Below, piece by piece: positions 11,327-23,835 of a DNA stretch of 64,000 bases. Below the pieces are notes generated by a model. That model worked only from the letters and a program-made list of their open reading frames with translations. It had not been told where the DNA came from and ran no database searches. The stretch comes from Dicyema japonicum (taxonomy: Eukaryota > Animalia > Dicyemida): NCBI GenBank assembly GCA_011109175.1, contig RDEW01000003.1, forward strand, positions 2,057,761 to 2,121,760, in the 5' to 3' direction. Each line of letters begins with the position of its first letter. Positions within the stretch are counted from its first letter, which is position 1. Made by a program: the position numbers and the translations under genes.

Positions 11327-14300
11327 ATGGACCAACTGAAAATAAATTCTCTAAAACTCTCAATTTACACGTCAGAAGAGATCAGACGAATGGCCGTAAA
11401 GGAAATCCACATTCCCCAGTCATACGATTCAGTTGGGGTTCCAAACGTAGACGGACTCTACGACTCAATGCTAGGTTCTCATAAGTCTTAGTTGAAGGCC
11501 CAACTGACAAGACAGACGTCTGTGTTCAATGTGGCCTTTCTTCTATGAACTGCCTTGGTCATTTCGGATACATTGCCCTCCCAGTGCCTGTATATAGTCC
11601 AATTCTTTTCGATTCTCTCATGATGGTATTTTTATGACTTTATAGATATTTAGATCCTCAAATCTGTGTGCTTTGAGTGTTGTGCGTTCTCGACCTCCAA
11701 CAAACGTCTATCACTGGTCAAAGCCATGTCCAAATGCTTAAGGAAATGCTGTGTTGAGGCATTCTACTCCTTGAAAGATTATTTCCTCGACACTATTGAG
11801 ACATCGAAGATCTCTGACATGACTTTGAGCGCACGATCAAAAAAGTCACCAAAAAATTCAAAAATGGTAAATTTCTCTTTATTAAAATTCAAGAAGACAG
11901 TCAAAGCTCAATAAAGATTCTGAGAGAATGTCAGTTAGATCTCTGCGATGACTTTTTCCGAAACTTCATAATCCGGAAAGATACCTGCCCTAATTGTGGC
12001 GCCATAATGCCCAAACCTAACGCCCAGTCTCCCGGAATCGTCATTTATAAGTCAATGGTGGATGAAAAGTTCTTTTTCTCTAATTAATGCAGAATTGTGA
12101 CTAAAAAGCTCATGTCACTGGAAGCCAGAGATATTATCAGAAGAGTTTGGATGCAGCATTCTGATTTGCTTCCCGTTCTGCTCAAATTTATATCCGATGG
12201 GAACTGTTCCGTCGAAGCCTTCTTCACAGAGGACATTTTAGTGACCCCCAACAGATTTCGTCCAGTATTTGTCAATGTGAGCCAATTAGATGATGCATGT
12301 GAAGGGGAGTGTGTATGAGCATCCAAAAACACAGCAATATTCGTCAATAATTTTACTTTCAACTCAAATTCGAGAAACCGTGAATAACTTCAAGGAAACT
12401 AAAAATGAGGTTTATTATTGTAAACAGCTTAGGTAACATCGACAGTTATCAAATTATGGGAGAACCTTCAAAGGAAAGTGAATGTTTTGTATTCTGGGGA
12501 TGGAAAGAACTCTGCTTATTCGTCTGATTTCAAAAAAGTGACAATTTACTCATATTTTTAGTTTTTGGAAAAGAAGGCTGGAATTATTCGACAAAATTTA
12601 ATGGGAAAGCGGGTGAATTTTGCAGCCAGATCGGTTATATCCCCCGATCCCTTGTTGGGTGCTGAGGAAGTCGGGGTTCCCATTAGTGTGGCATCTCAGT
12701 TGACTTTTCCTGAGCCAGTGACCCCTCACAACATTTCCTTCCTTCAAAACGCTGTAATGAACGGACCAGAAATATATCCTGGGTATTTAGTTTCTATTAG
12801 TTCGAGGGCTTCGTTTCTTGTGGAGGGGGGTACTACCTATTACCTTAACCCCAACAACGACAGACAAAGGCGATCAATCGCTGACAGACTGCTGATAAAC
12901 AGCTCAGAAAAGACTGTTCTACGGCATTTGAGAACTGGAGACTACGTCTACATGAATAGACAACCTACTTTGCACAGACCCAGCATTCAGGCTCACAAAG
13001 TCAGAGTTTTGGGGGAGGAAAAAACTCTAAGGATTCATTACAGCACCTGCAAGGCCTACAATGCTGATTTTGATGGAGATGAGCTTAACTGTCATTTACC
13101 ACAAAGTCACCTGTGCAGGGCTGAGGCACTTCTTATCGGTTTTCGGTGTTCTCATTGCTTAGCCGCTGTTCCTTACCAACATATTGTGCCTAAGGACGGC
13201 TCCCCGTCTTTTGGAATGATCCAAGATCACCTCATTGCGGGAACCTTGATGTGTTTACGTGGTCGATTTTTTGATAGGTTGACAGTTTTCTTAATTATTA
13301 GTCAACAATTTCGTCAGTTGTTGTACAGTGGATTGTATACTCTTGAAAGACCAATTCAGATTCCACCACCTGCTATGGTAAAACCAAATCAGTTGTGGGC
13401 TGGAAAACAAGTTATTTCTGCAGTTTTAGATAACATGATTCCATCCCACTTTCCTCCACTCAATCTGACTGGTCCAACTAAGATATCTGATAAGGTCATC
13501 CTATCATATAATCCCAGATTATTTATGGAACGGATAGTTACGGAGATCCATTTATGCGGGAGGACTTTGTTATTATTCGTCACAACGAACTGCTGTGTGG
13601 ATTCTTGGATAAAACAAACATTGGGGCTTCAGCCTATGGACTCATTCATATGTGCTTTGAGGTAGTAAATTGTTTTATTTCAGCTTTATGGGGGTAAAAC
13701 TGCTACTGATATATTATCTTGTTTGTCCAGACTTTTTATTTTCTTTCTCAAGATTCGAGGATTCAGTATCGGAATTGAAGACACTCTAGTGTCCCATAAA
13801 GTCTCTTTATCACTCTATTTAGGCTCATGAATCGTACAAATCATTCAATAAGTCACTGTACGTGAAAGATACTGCCAATCTAGCCTCAGCTTTGGGGGTT
13901 AATAAGAATGACACTGAAGAAATCTGCAAACAATATAGAAAGGTCCACTGCAGCAAGAAGGATATGAAGGAATTGGACAGGAAAATGAGATCTCTGGTGG
14001 ACACTCAAGAATACATAAATAAGAGTTACCCAAATGAGTTTATCAGAAAATTCCCACATAACAACATGATACTGATGGTTGACTGTGGGGCAAAGGGAAC
14101 AAAGGTGGATAATATTATTATTTGTAGGTTAACCTTTCACATATATCATGTGTTGTGGGACAGATTGAGTTAGAGGGGTCTCGACCTGCTATGATGACTT
14201 CTGGTAGATGTCTTCCTATGTTTGCACCATATTCTGCATCTTGTCGCTCTCGTGGATTTGTTACTGACAGATTCTTGACTGGAATGAAACCCTCTTCGTT

Positions 14301-16594
14301 CTTCTTCCACTGTATGGCCGGAAGGGAGGTTGACATTATTGTCTTTTTCCAGGGTTTGGTAGACACAGCAATAAAGACTTCACAAAGTGGGTATTTGCAG
14401 AGATGTCTTGTAAAGACTCTAGAGAATCTGGTTGTGGGGTACGACATGACTGTGAGGGATAACGATGGGTCAATTGTCCAGGTTTTGTTTGGATTTAAGA
14501 TTTTTAGTTTTATTATGGAGAAGATGGGATTGACCCCACTAAAGGAAGTTGTCTGAGGATAAACAAGTTTCCCTTTTTGGTACAGAACTCTAAATCTATA
14601 TTAAACCAAGAAATGGTGGCCAAATTATCTTCTGAAGATACTTTAAAGGTCGCTAAACTTAAGAAAAAGGTTACCTTATCTGGCATTTGTAGATTAAGAA
14701 AAGATCCCCAAATACCAATGCTTTTAGAGTCTTTGAGAATATTATGTTGGAGGAAAATCCTGACCTTGACAGTGACTCGGTGAAAACTGCCTGGCAAGAG
14801 CTGGATTTGGAGACGCGACTAAAGTTCCCCCTTATCTAATAATAGATTTATTCCATTCAACCCCGACCCTATCCTGTTCCAATATAGACCTGATATTGTT
14901 TTTGGGGCAGTCTCTGATTCCTTAACAGAGAGTGTTGATGAATATGTAGCATTAAACCACAAGTACTTGGTTAGGCTTTTAAATTTACAAAGTTTGAAAA
15001 TGGTATAAGTAAGGGTGAGTTCCGTGATTTAATCAACTACAAGTATATGTCGTCGTTGATTGCCCCGGGGGAGAATGTTGGTATGTTGGCCGCACAGGTG
15101 AGTCTACATGTTTAGTCTAGTCCGTTGGTGAGCCTTCCACGCAAATGACTTTGAATACATTCCATTTTGCCGGGGTTGGGGACTTGAATGTAACTCTGGG
15201 GATGCCCAGACTCAAAGAAATTTTAATGTCAATGAGTGGGAAAACAAAAACTCCATTCGTAAAAGTGCCTATTAAAGAGGTTGAAGGAGTGGAGACTTTT
15301 ATTTCGAGACTTTTGAGTCGTTTTGAGAAAGTATACTTCAAACAGGTTCGTGTTTGATGCAATTGTAGGTGCTTGATGAAACAAATGTGAGGCAGAATTA
15401 CGTGACTAGTCGTGATTGGTATTATATTTGTATATTGTAGTAATTCTGTAAAATTTGAGATTGAATTTCATCTGAATGGATCACTTGATGGGGATTTAGT
15501 TTGCAGATTTATAGAGACAAAGTTTATAAAGAAACTCAATGTTGTCATTGGACGAACAAAGTCAGCGGGCTTCCAGATCAAGTAAGATTTGGGAGATAAT
15601 TCGTCAGTGTTAAGACAAAGGAGACAGATAAAAGTTTTAAGGAGCATAGTGAGAGTGAAGAAGTGGAGGAAGATGAGGTTTCCTCAAAGTCTTCATCCGA
15701 TGAAGAGATTTCCACTGAAGAGGAAGAAGAATCAGTCGAGAACGAGGACTCTGATGTCATGGACTATTCAGATTGTGAGAAGGTACCTACAAAAAGCAAG
15801 TTCAAATCTGACTATGACCGGAGAATATTCGTACATGACATTCTGAGTTTTAGGATGTAAAGAAAATCAGTTTTGTGAACAACTATGATTACGATAAGGT
15901 GGACAGACGGTGGTGTAAGGTGGAGTTACAGGTTTATGGTTGTGTAATTCCTGTTAGTTTCCATTTTCCGTGTTTATATGCGACATTAATGCTTGTCTGG
16001 ATGAGTTGATTAACAAATCGATTGTTTACAGGTATGAGGGAATCGAGAAGGCATTCGTCATGGAGAATAAGGATAAATCAATCCCTGTGAAGCGATTCTT
16101 TTGCACGGAGGGTGTGAATATTGAGGTTATTTGTGGCTTGATGGAAGTCTCTACTGGATTTTGAGAATATCCTTGACTTTAGTAGACTGGAGACGAATGA
16201 TACCTTGACTGTCCAGAGAATGTTCGGAATTGAAGCAGTAGCGAGGAATATTATAAAGGTTGGTGATTTGTTTATTTTAGGAAATCCGCACTGTGTTTAA
16301 GATTTACGCGATTAATGTGGATTATAGACATTTATCCTTATTGACTGATTATATGACCAGTGAGGGGGTCTATAAGGGATGCAATCGACGAAGTATTATG
16401 AGTAACCCATCCCTCATTCAGAGGATGACCTTTGAGAGTGCTGCAACTGTATTGCAAAAGTCATTAATTTCTGGTTTTTGATTGTTTTATTTTTAGGAGC
16501 TTTTGATGACCTTAAATCGACCTCTTCTAGGATTGCGTTTGGACTACCTGCTGGTGGGACCAGTTTTTTTGATTTGGTCAGTCATGTGAATTGA
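11327..16594 (+). CDS. POLR1A: DNA-directed RNA polymerase I largest subunit, many 20-30 nt introns
   Basis: GLYDSMLG|P..C..C...[55 protein letters not shown]|[50 protein letters not shown], acidic expander region, C-terminal [11 protein letters not shown] at 11327, TGA at 16592-16594. Confidence 0.95.
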
Positions 16595-17236
16595 TTATTT
16601 TTAATTACATTTTATTGAATTTATTTTTTTAACTACTGGGTGGTTGTTATGACAGGTCTCTGTTATGGTCTGCAGCCATTGAGAACGCAATGGGAGCTAC
16701 CTCTCATAATCGTGAGCCGAATGTTTTAGAAAAGCCATCGCGTCATCAATGTCCACCTTTACGCAGCCCGTCCGATTAACCTGATAAACTCGGACGTGCT
16801 CAACGGAGATTCGTAGTATTTTTTCCTTTTCAAGTCTTCAGTAGTGATCGCTGCGGAACCCGCGTGCAGAGATGACTTGAGGAATCAATTTATTTTGTAA
16901 AAATGTCATCTAATGACGATAATTTTCTTTATAATTCAAATTCAATCAAGGTCAAGTGGCAACGACTTTTGGGGTAACGAGTGTGGATCTCCACATTTAA
17001 TGTATATAGTTGAAATACAGTGAGATATAGATATGATCTTTTGTCTCCTAAGATTGTGACCAACTTGTGTTATTGTCAAGTACTACAAAAGGAACGGGAG
17101 CATGCAAATCTGATGGTAATAAATGTAAATCAATTTTTTAATTTGAAAATTATATTCGCATTTATCATTTTTATTTTTTTGTATTTATTAATGACAAAAA
17201 AAGTGAACAAATTGTTATACAGCGGCCGGTATGACT

Positions 17237-17615
17237 GCCTGGCTATTCCCTTTCAGGATGGCGAGCGATATTCGCTCAAATAGCCAGCAGTGCTCAGGAA
17301 ATCTCCTGATCGTGTAGAAATCCGATTCAACTCAAAAATTCCACGTCGCAGGCGCAAAGGAGCTAGACGTTACAACGGCGAATGGAACGATAAAAAAATC
17401 ATTACTTATTTCCATGTCCAAGTTTNGCCTGGCTATTCCCTTTCAAGATGGCGACCGATATTCGCTCAAATAGCCAGCAGTGCTCAGGAAATCTCCTGAT
17501 CGTGTAGAAATCCGATTCAACTCAAAAATTCCACGTCGCAGGCGCAAAGGAGCTAGACGTTTCAACGGCGAATGGAACGATAAAAAAATCATTACTTATT
17601 TCCATGTCCAAGTTT
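17237..17615 (-). mobile_element. CRE-like 3' fragment present twice (189-bp unit) either side of a single N at 17426
   Basis: FFIVPFAVxTSSSFAPAT...CWLFERISLAILKGNSQA; units 17237-17425 and 17427-17615 are nearly identical. Confidence 0.7.
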
Positions 17616-17649
17616 GTACGACATCTTTTTTCACCTCGCTTGTCAGGGA

Positions 17650-18270
17650 TTTCCGATCTAAGATAAACTTGACAGGCGCTGATTTGACATCAAAGACCTC
17701 AAATATGTTTGTTTTACAGCAATTGAGTAGCCAACTGTGAGTAATAAACTATTTGCAATGCACAAAATTGGAAAGCATCCCAGCCAAGCTCAAAAGGAAA
17801 ATCCTTCGCATTTTTTTGGAATTTCTGTTTCCACTTCGGAAAAGTGTAAGACAGTAAACAATTTCTTCGTAGAGAGAAGTTTTACAGCAATTGAGTAGCC
17901 AACTGTGAGTAATAAACTATTTGCAATGCACAAAATTGGAAAGCAGCCCAGCCAAGCTCAAAAGGAAAATCCTTCGCATTTTTTTGGAATTTCTGTTTCC
18001 ACTTCGGAAAAGTGTAAGACAGTAAACAATTTCTTCGTAGAGAGAAAATGAGTTCACGACAGTCTCAAAATGGTTAGCAAAATTCTGAGGGTATCGTTTC
18101 AAGGTTTTAAATGTTCCTTATTTTCAAGATCAACTGAATCCAGCTTTAAAAAGAATGAAAATTTGTCAGCGAGCTTACGAATGCGACATGAGTGTTTTTT
18201 AAGTTTAGTTTGCGAATTCATTCGTATTTTTTTACTTCACCGGCTTCCCATCACGCTTTCAAAGGCAGGC
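17650..18270 (-). mobile_element. hAT (Tip100/ZMYM1-like) transposase C-terminal remnant with internal 168-bp tandem duplication
   Basis: CFPILCIANSLLLTV...KQTYLRSLMSNQRLSSL resembles the hAT dimerisation region (FPnl..ALRILLT...KTYLRStMsqeRLs.L); 17711-17878 is repeated at 17879-18046. Confidence 0.5.
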
Positions 18271-18479
18271 TGATTCGAGCATAGAGTCTGGCACCAATAC
18301 CCGGTACCATCCAAATCTGACCTAACGACCTCGTTCAACGCCACGTGTCTGGGAGATCCCTCCATATTGCAAGAGAGAGGGTGCATACAAATAAAGCTAA
18401 TCTGGTCTCCGCGTCATCATGGATGCATCACAGACTTTTAATCCGAGTCGTAATTAGATCCCAATACGGACGCTTTCGC

Positions 18480-19240
18480 ATTATTATTACCCCAGGATCA
18501 CTGGGTCAATGGGAAAGAAACGAAAGTTATCGACTGAGTGATCCCAGACAGACAAGGAAGAGGACTAGTCCGGGTTCGAGAATCCTGTGCATCTCTTCTC
18601 ATTAAGCATGGCATCGGGTCAAATTTTCTTGAGAACACTTTAAATTCTCATTTTCTTCAGAGCATAAGTTACTTTGTTCTCAACATGTCGGATAAAATGA
18701 GTCCTGATCAAAGGTGACCCCAGAATCTTCAGTTTTTTGTTAATAGGAATAGCCTCGTTCTTCATAAAGATTTTTGGTTCGACAGAGCTGTCTTGTGTAT
18801 GTGGTAACAGCGTGACAGAGGACTTTGTTGCTGATATGTCGAACCACTGTTCCGAGAGCCATAGTTCCCGGTTGTCAAGCATTTGTTGGGGGACTGAGTC
18901 GCTGATTGAATGCTTCCTTGGAGGCAAGAATAATATCGTCAACGTAGTAGATGATTAGACAGTTCTCATTACAGGTTTGTGGCATATCGTATATGTAGAG
19001 GTTGAAGAGTTGGGGTAACAGTTGGGAGTCTTGAGGGATTCCATTTGAAAGATAGCGAGATCTTGATTTGATGTTGTTGTAGAGTACTTGTGCTCGTCTT
19101 CCATTTAGGGAGTTCCCAAGCAAAAGCTTCAAGTTCAGGTGAATGTTCATTTCAAATATCTTCTTTGTAAGGAGTTTCCTGGGGACTGAGTCGAACGTTT
19201 TTGTGATGTCCACGAATATAAGTACTGATGGGGATTGGAT
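18480..19240 (-). mobile_element. 5'-truncated second copy of the Vingi-like LINE
   Basis: Collinear with about 3800-4864 (MDITKTFDSVPRKLL...GIPQDSQLLPQLFNLYIYDMP...YYVDDIILA); same 3' end GACCCAGTGATCCTGGGGTAATAATAAT. Confidence 0.85.
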
Positions 19241-19371
19241 GAGCTAAATCAGACGCATTCAAATGAAAAAGTAACTATTGTAAAATTATATTCAATAATT
19301 TTTTTAATTACATTTTTGGATAATTTATTCAAATATAAAATTTATTTGGCGCTTGGATTTTATTTTTTGTT

Positions 19372-19657
19372 ATGAGAGCTAAGAGGATACCATTCAAGCA
19401 AAAAAAAGACTAGACCAGTAAAGAATGAAAACCTTTTGTTCTCCAAATTACCATTAGCTCGAGTTGTGAGGGATATCGCCGTGCAGTTATTTACCGAACA
19501 TCCTCTCCGATTTCAATCTTCTGCTCTCATGTGCCTTCAAGATGCTTCTGAAGCATTCATGATATCACTTTTCGAAGACGCTAATTTGTGTGCACTCCAT
19601 GCCAAGAGAATAACCATATATCTCAGTGATCTCCAATTGGCTCAGAGATTACGATAG
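19372..19657 (+). CDS. CENPA: Centromeric-type histone H3 variant (CenH3/CENP-A-like), about 95 aa; needs one A removed from the A8 run at 19400-19407
   Basis: [62 protein letters not shown] is an H3 fold with loop 1 two residues longer, Q68 to A and T107 to A, and an unrelated N-tail. Confidence 0.7.
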
Positions 19658-20739
19658 ACTAACAATTTCTAGTTAATGTTTGATTCTTTGTTATTTTTAG
19701 CTTATTTAGCTATGATTAGCCAATATTTAGTAGATATGTTTTTTGGAGAGTAACACAGTTTAACTTTCCTTTTTTATATGGAAAAAAAGTCTAGGCTAAC
19801 AGCCAGCCACGTGACTGGGGATTTTTAGAAGTTACCACGATAGCTAAACGTACTTTGAAGACACTTGATTGACAAGTGCTTTATGTAGTTTAGTTTTTTG
19901 TAGTGAAGTGGATCATTTTGGCGTTATTTAGTTGAATTCTATAGGAGGGGGATGATATAATGTTGTTATTTTCAGATTGCTAACTTTCCTGGAGGTACTT
20001 ATGTCGAGTCTTAATTATCTGCCGCAGCTTCAACTCGCCATATTCGTGCAGGAGTATTATATTAACGAAAAATCTCACATTTTTGACAGAATATCACCAA
20101 AATATGTGATTGAACACCAAGAAAAATGTCAAAGTCAACTAATTAAGTGATCCTAGCTTATAGTGCATTCTCCTTGAGTGATCAACCAGCGATTCCACCG
20201 TCTTTCGAAAGTGTCACTTCGAATTTCTTCAGAAAAACTCGATCTGCATGGATAACTTTAAAGATCGATGATGTTTGAATATTATTTTTTTCGTTTTAAA
20301 ATTCCCTCCCACTTTAGTTAGAACTGATATTTATGTAGAAATAATTAGATCGAGGGAGTAATGAGATCGATTTGAAAATAATGGTCTCAATTGGAGCGTG
20401 TCATGAGGAGATGTTAGTTTGGCGTTACCATGGTCTGGAATTTTTATTATTTCATCATGAAATTACGTAATGGAATACTACCATTTAAGCCGCGTAAAAA
20501 AACTAAGAATACAGAAATTATTGAATATGTTTTGAGGATGATTACAGGATTGAAAAGCTTAAAATTGGAATATTTGATTTTCATAGAGTAAGAATTTCAA
20601 CCGAGGAACACTGTCGGCCTGTGACATTATATAATACATTCAATCACTGTTAATCGGAAAAACTTGATTAAAAAAACTTCCCATGTTATTAAACTGATTG
20701 AGACGGATGTTTATTCTCATTTTGACTGACTCGCTGTAA

Positions 20740-20865
20740 TTCCCGAGCCGTCCAGGAAATCCGATTTATACTCAAACAGATCCCCGTGATCGCTGTTGGT
20801 CGTTTGAGCGAATTTGCTCACCATACTGAGAGAATATCCACGCAGTCATGGCTGCTGTATGGCCT
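20740..20865 (+). mobile_element. CRE-like retrotransposon extreme 3' fragment
   Basis: TDPRDRCWSFERI..LTILR(G)NIHAVMAAV after correcting frameshifts; matches GDLRERRWLFERISLAILRGNSHAV of the copy at 1415. Confidence 0.6.
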
Positions 20866-21000
20866 CTCTGGGTAGTATTATTTTGAGTGTTATATTTATA
20901 TTAATAAAATTAAAATCACTTACTAAACTAAGAGGACAGAGAAAATGGATGGTTTCATATAATAAACAAAATAATGAAATCCCACAAATAACAGCAATAA

Positions 21001-23835
21001 CTAATCAAATCCAGCAATACTATTAATTTCATCAAAAAGCTGTGATAAATCACACGTGTCAATATCACATTGAATAAATCTGTCATATATTGCCTTATAA
21101 CTAAAATATATTAAATTACTACATTGATTTGTCAAAATCAAACGTGTCTTCACTATCATTAAACGGCAGTAATAAATTATTTTCTTTAATCACGTGGTAA
21201 ATCTGTTTAATAACACTCCTACCTGTTCTGAACGTCTTATAACATCTTGGGGGAAGTTCATCAGGTTGATCACCTCAAATGCCCGTGAGTCTGTGCAAAC
21301 TCCGTCAACAACCTGGTGGAGATGCACCAGCTCCCCGTCCTTTACTAGACTTGACATTTGCTAGTAATTATTATCCTCATCACCTTGAATGCAACAGCAG
21401 GAGAGTCCTTAAAACGTAGGAATATCGGCATGCAGTGATGGCACGTCATAAATAGGATGGGACAGGAGAAGGAGGCCAGGTAACGAATAGCACCTACAAA
21501 GAGGGAGACAGCACTGGCGTAATCAGTCTCACTCCCAAACTCGTCAATCACCACGAAGCTGAGTCTTCCACAGTGATTAAGTATCCGCGACAACTACAAT
21601 GCTTATATTAGAGGACCCGATTCAATGATGTCATAAACTGAGAGTAAGGCTCTGAATTGCTCTGGAATGAAGACATGTGCACATGGATCGAGTCAAAAGG
21701 CTGGAACTCCATGTACTCAGCCGGCACAAAGCACCCAATGGAGGCCATATATATTATTAAGGCAATCTGGTTAAGGACAAATCTACCTGCCTTAAATAAA
21801 CAGTCTTCCCACTCCCATTGACACCGCTTAATATGTTGATTGACCTGTCTATGATTGTGTCGTTCAATATAAAATTTGTTAGGTCGAACAGGGGGTGTCT
21901 AGTGAGTGAGAGTAAGACAACCTTCCACCACGTATTACCAACCTCGGAGAATCAGTAAGACCACATATGATGGGTCTGGAGTACTTATTCTCACGAGATA
22001 CATCAGCCAAGGCCAATACTAGAGTCACCAAGCCATCTACCAGTCCAACTCTGCTAGAAGGGAGGTCATTCGCATTAGAGAATGTGAGTTATTGAATATA
22101 TGATCCTGCAGGTTCAGTAGAATGTCGTATTCATCGTCACATATTGTGAACTGGATGTCTCCATAGACTTCGTCCAACATTCGCGTCCTCGGTGACTTGT
22201 AATGGGCTTCTGTCTCTGTCTCGAACTGAATTAGTAAAATGGTTACCATCAATTTAAAGTCCTCTAGCTGAGACAAGTATTTCTGATTCTCCATGGAACG
22301 AGGAATTCTTAGCAGAAACCCGACCTAAAGTGAGTATGAAGAATACCTGAGCCAAATAAATAATGTCACATGCGGGTATGCATTCTGGTAACTCCTCAAT
22401 CTCCTCCTGGGCGGTTCTATTAGTAACTTGTGACAACTGGGAGTAATTCAATTTCACTAAATAGTGTCATATTCACTACATTGGTCCAAATAAGTAGAGT
22501 AGTTGGACCTGATAAAGAAATTTGATATCTGGTTGAGTGGATCGAGCTGGTCAACATCAATAGCTAGTTCCAATGTGTCCCACAACTTGGAAAGGGTGGC
22601 ATCATATTCATCGGATGTTGAACACTTTGAGTGCCAACACTCAGAGATATTTGAACACAGGGTTAGGCCAGACATTAACTGATCACAGATATTGGTAATA
22701 AAGGAGGCTGTTCTGATAGTCTTGTACAAACTACTCCAGTCAGCCTTGGAGCACACAGATGACTTCATTCTATTAAGAACATTCTAGAATATTCGAGAAC
22801 ATTACAATTGGGGAGGTTAATCCTTTCAGATTTTGTCTTAATTGTTGGGAGATTGTGTTATTATGAGGCAGAGAGAAGAACTCAATATGATCGTATCGAT
22901 ATGAAAGAAATGCTGGATCATTGCTGGGTTGTCTCATCATCACTCGCAGTCGCTTACTCCCGACAGTTGACTGACATCGGTTAAGAAGGCCTGTTTATTA
23001 AAGAACCTACCAAAAAGGCCGAACGATTCCTTGTACGCTGTTCCTGCCTTGAATGCCGATGGATGAGTTTTCTTAGTGAAAATTCCCATCAAACTAAAAA
23101 TATACCCGACTCTCAACTCGTAGGCTTCCTCGTCAATGAAAGTACAGTTGACTCTACAGTAAAGGAACTTCATACAGCGGGAACATTTTGAGTTTATAAA
23201 CGGAAGGGCGTCCAGTCATGCTGTCTAAACTAATCCTCAGGTTTGACTGCAAAAAGCCCAACAGAGCCCCGGCAGCCCTAATCTGTCACTAAGACAGAAA
23301 AGTACCATATTTACACTTTCTGTGTTAATCGTCGAGGAAATGTACAGCTTTCTGTCATCCTCGGATAAATTGTCAGACATTTTTTCAATTCTGATGTTGC
23401 AGAGCCGAGAAAAAGCCGTTTTATAATCTCAAATGAAAATAACACCAACCATATTCATGAGGACTTACTTGGTTGACAGAGCACATGCATTCGGATGAAT
23501 TTGTTGCACTATCAGCTTATTTATATGCATTTTTTACTAACAAAAATAATTTAGCGACTTTATAATCTCTTGCCTTGTTTGTTCATTTATCCTCGAACTG
23601 AGAATTAGCTGACTGGGAGCTGTTTGCTGCAAAACTGATGTGCTATTATATGAGTACTCTGAATCAGGTTAAAATGGTCAGATTCCTCTACCAAATCAGA
23701 AATAAAATTGATGGTCTTTGAACTCAAGTCATAAAATACTGCTCCGACTTTAGCCTGGTCGTAGCAGATGGATAATATGGTCTGCTTGGATTAAAATTAC
23801 TGTACATCAAATGATGTTAAATTACTCTCCTGCAT
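21001..23835 (-). CDS. MSH5: MutS homolog 5 (meiotic crossover factor), multi-intron
   Basis: ILSICYDQAKVGAVFYD (N-terminus), YKSPRTRMLDEVYGDI, ILSGVNGSGKTVYLRQ|IALIIYMASIGCFVPAE, VVIDEFGSET (DEFG is MSH5-type, versus DELG in MSH2/MSH4), LHQVVDGVCTDSRA. ATG at 23835, TAG at 21003-21001. Confidence 0.88.

Noticed and set aside
17237-17615. 189-bp tandem duplication as a biological repeat or array
   Set aside because: The two near-identical units are joined by a single N (17426), typical of an unresolved contig overlap, and the content is a CRE fragment.
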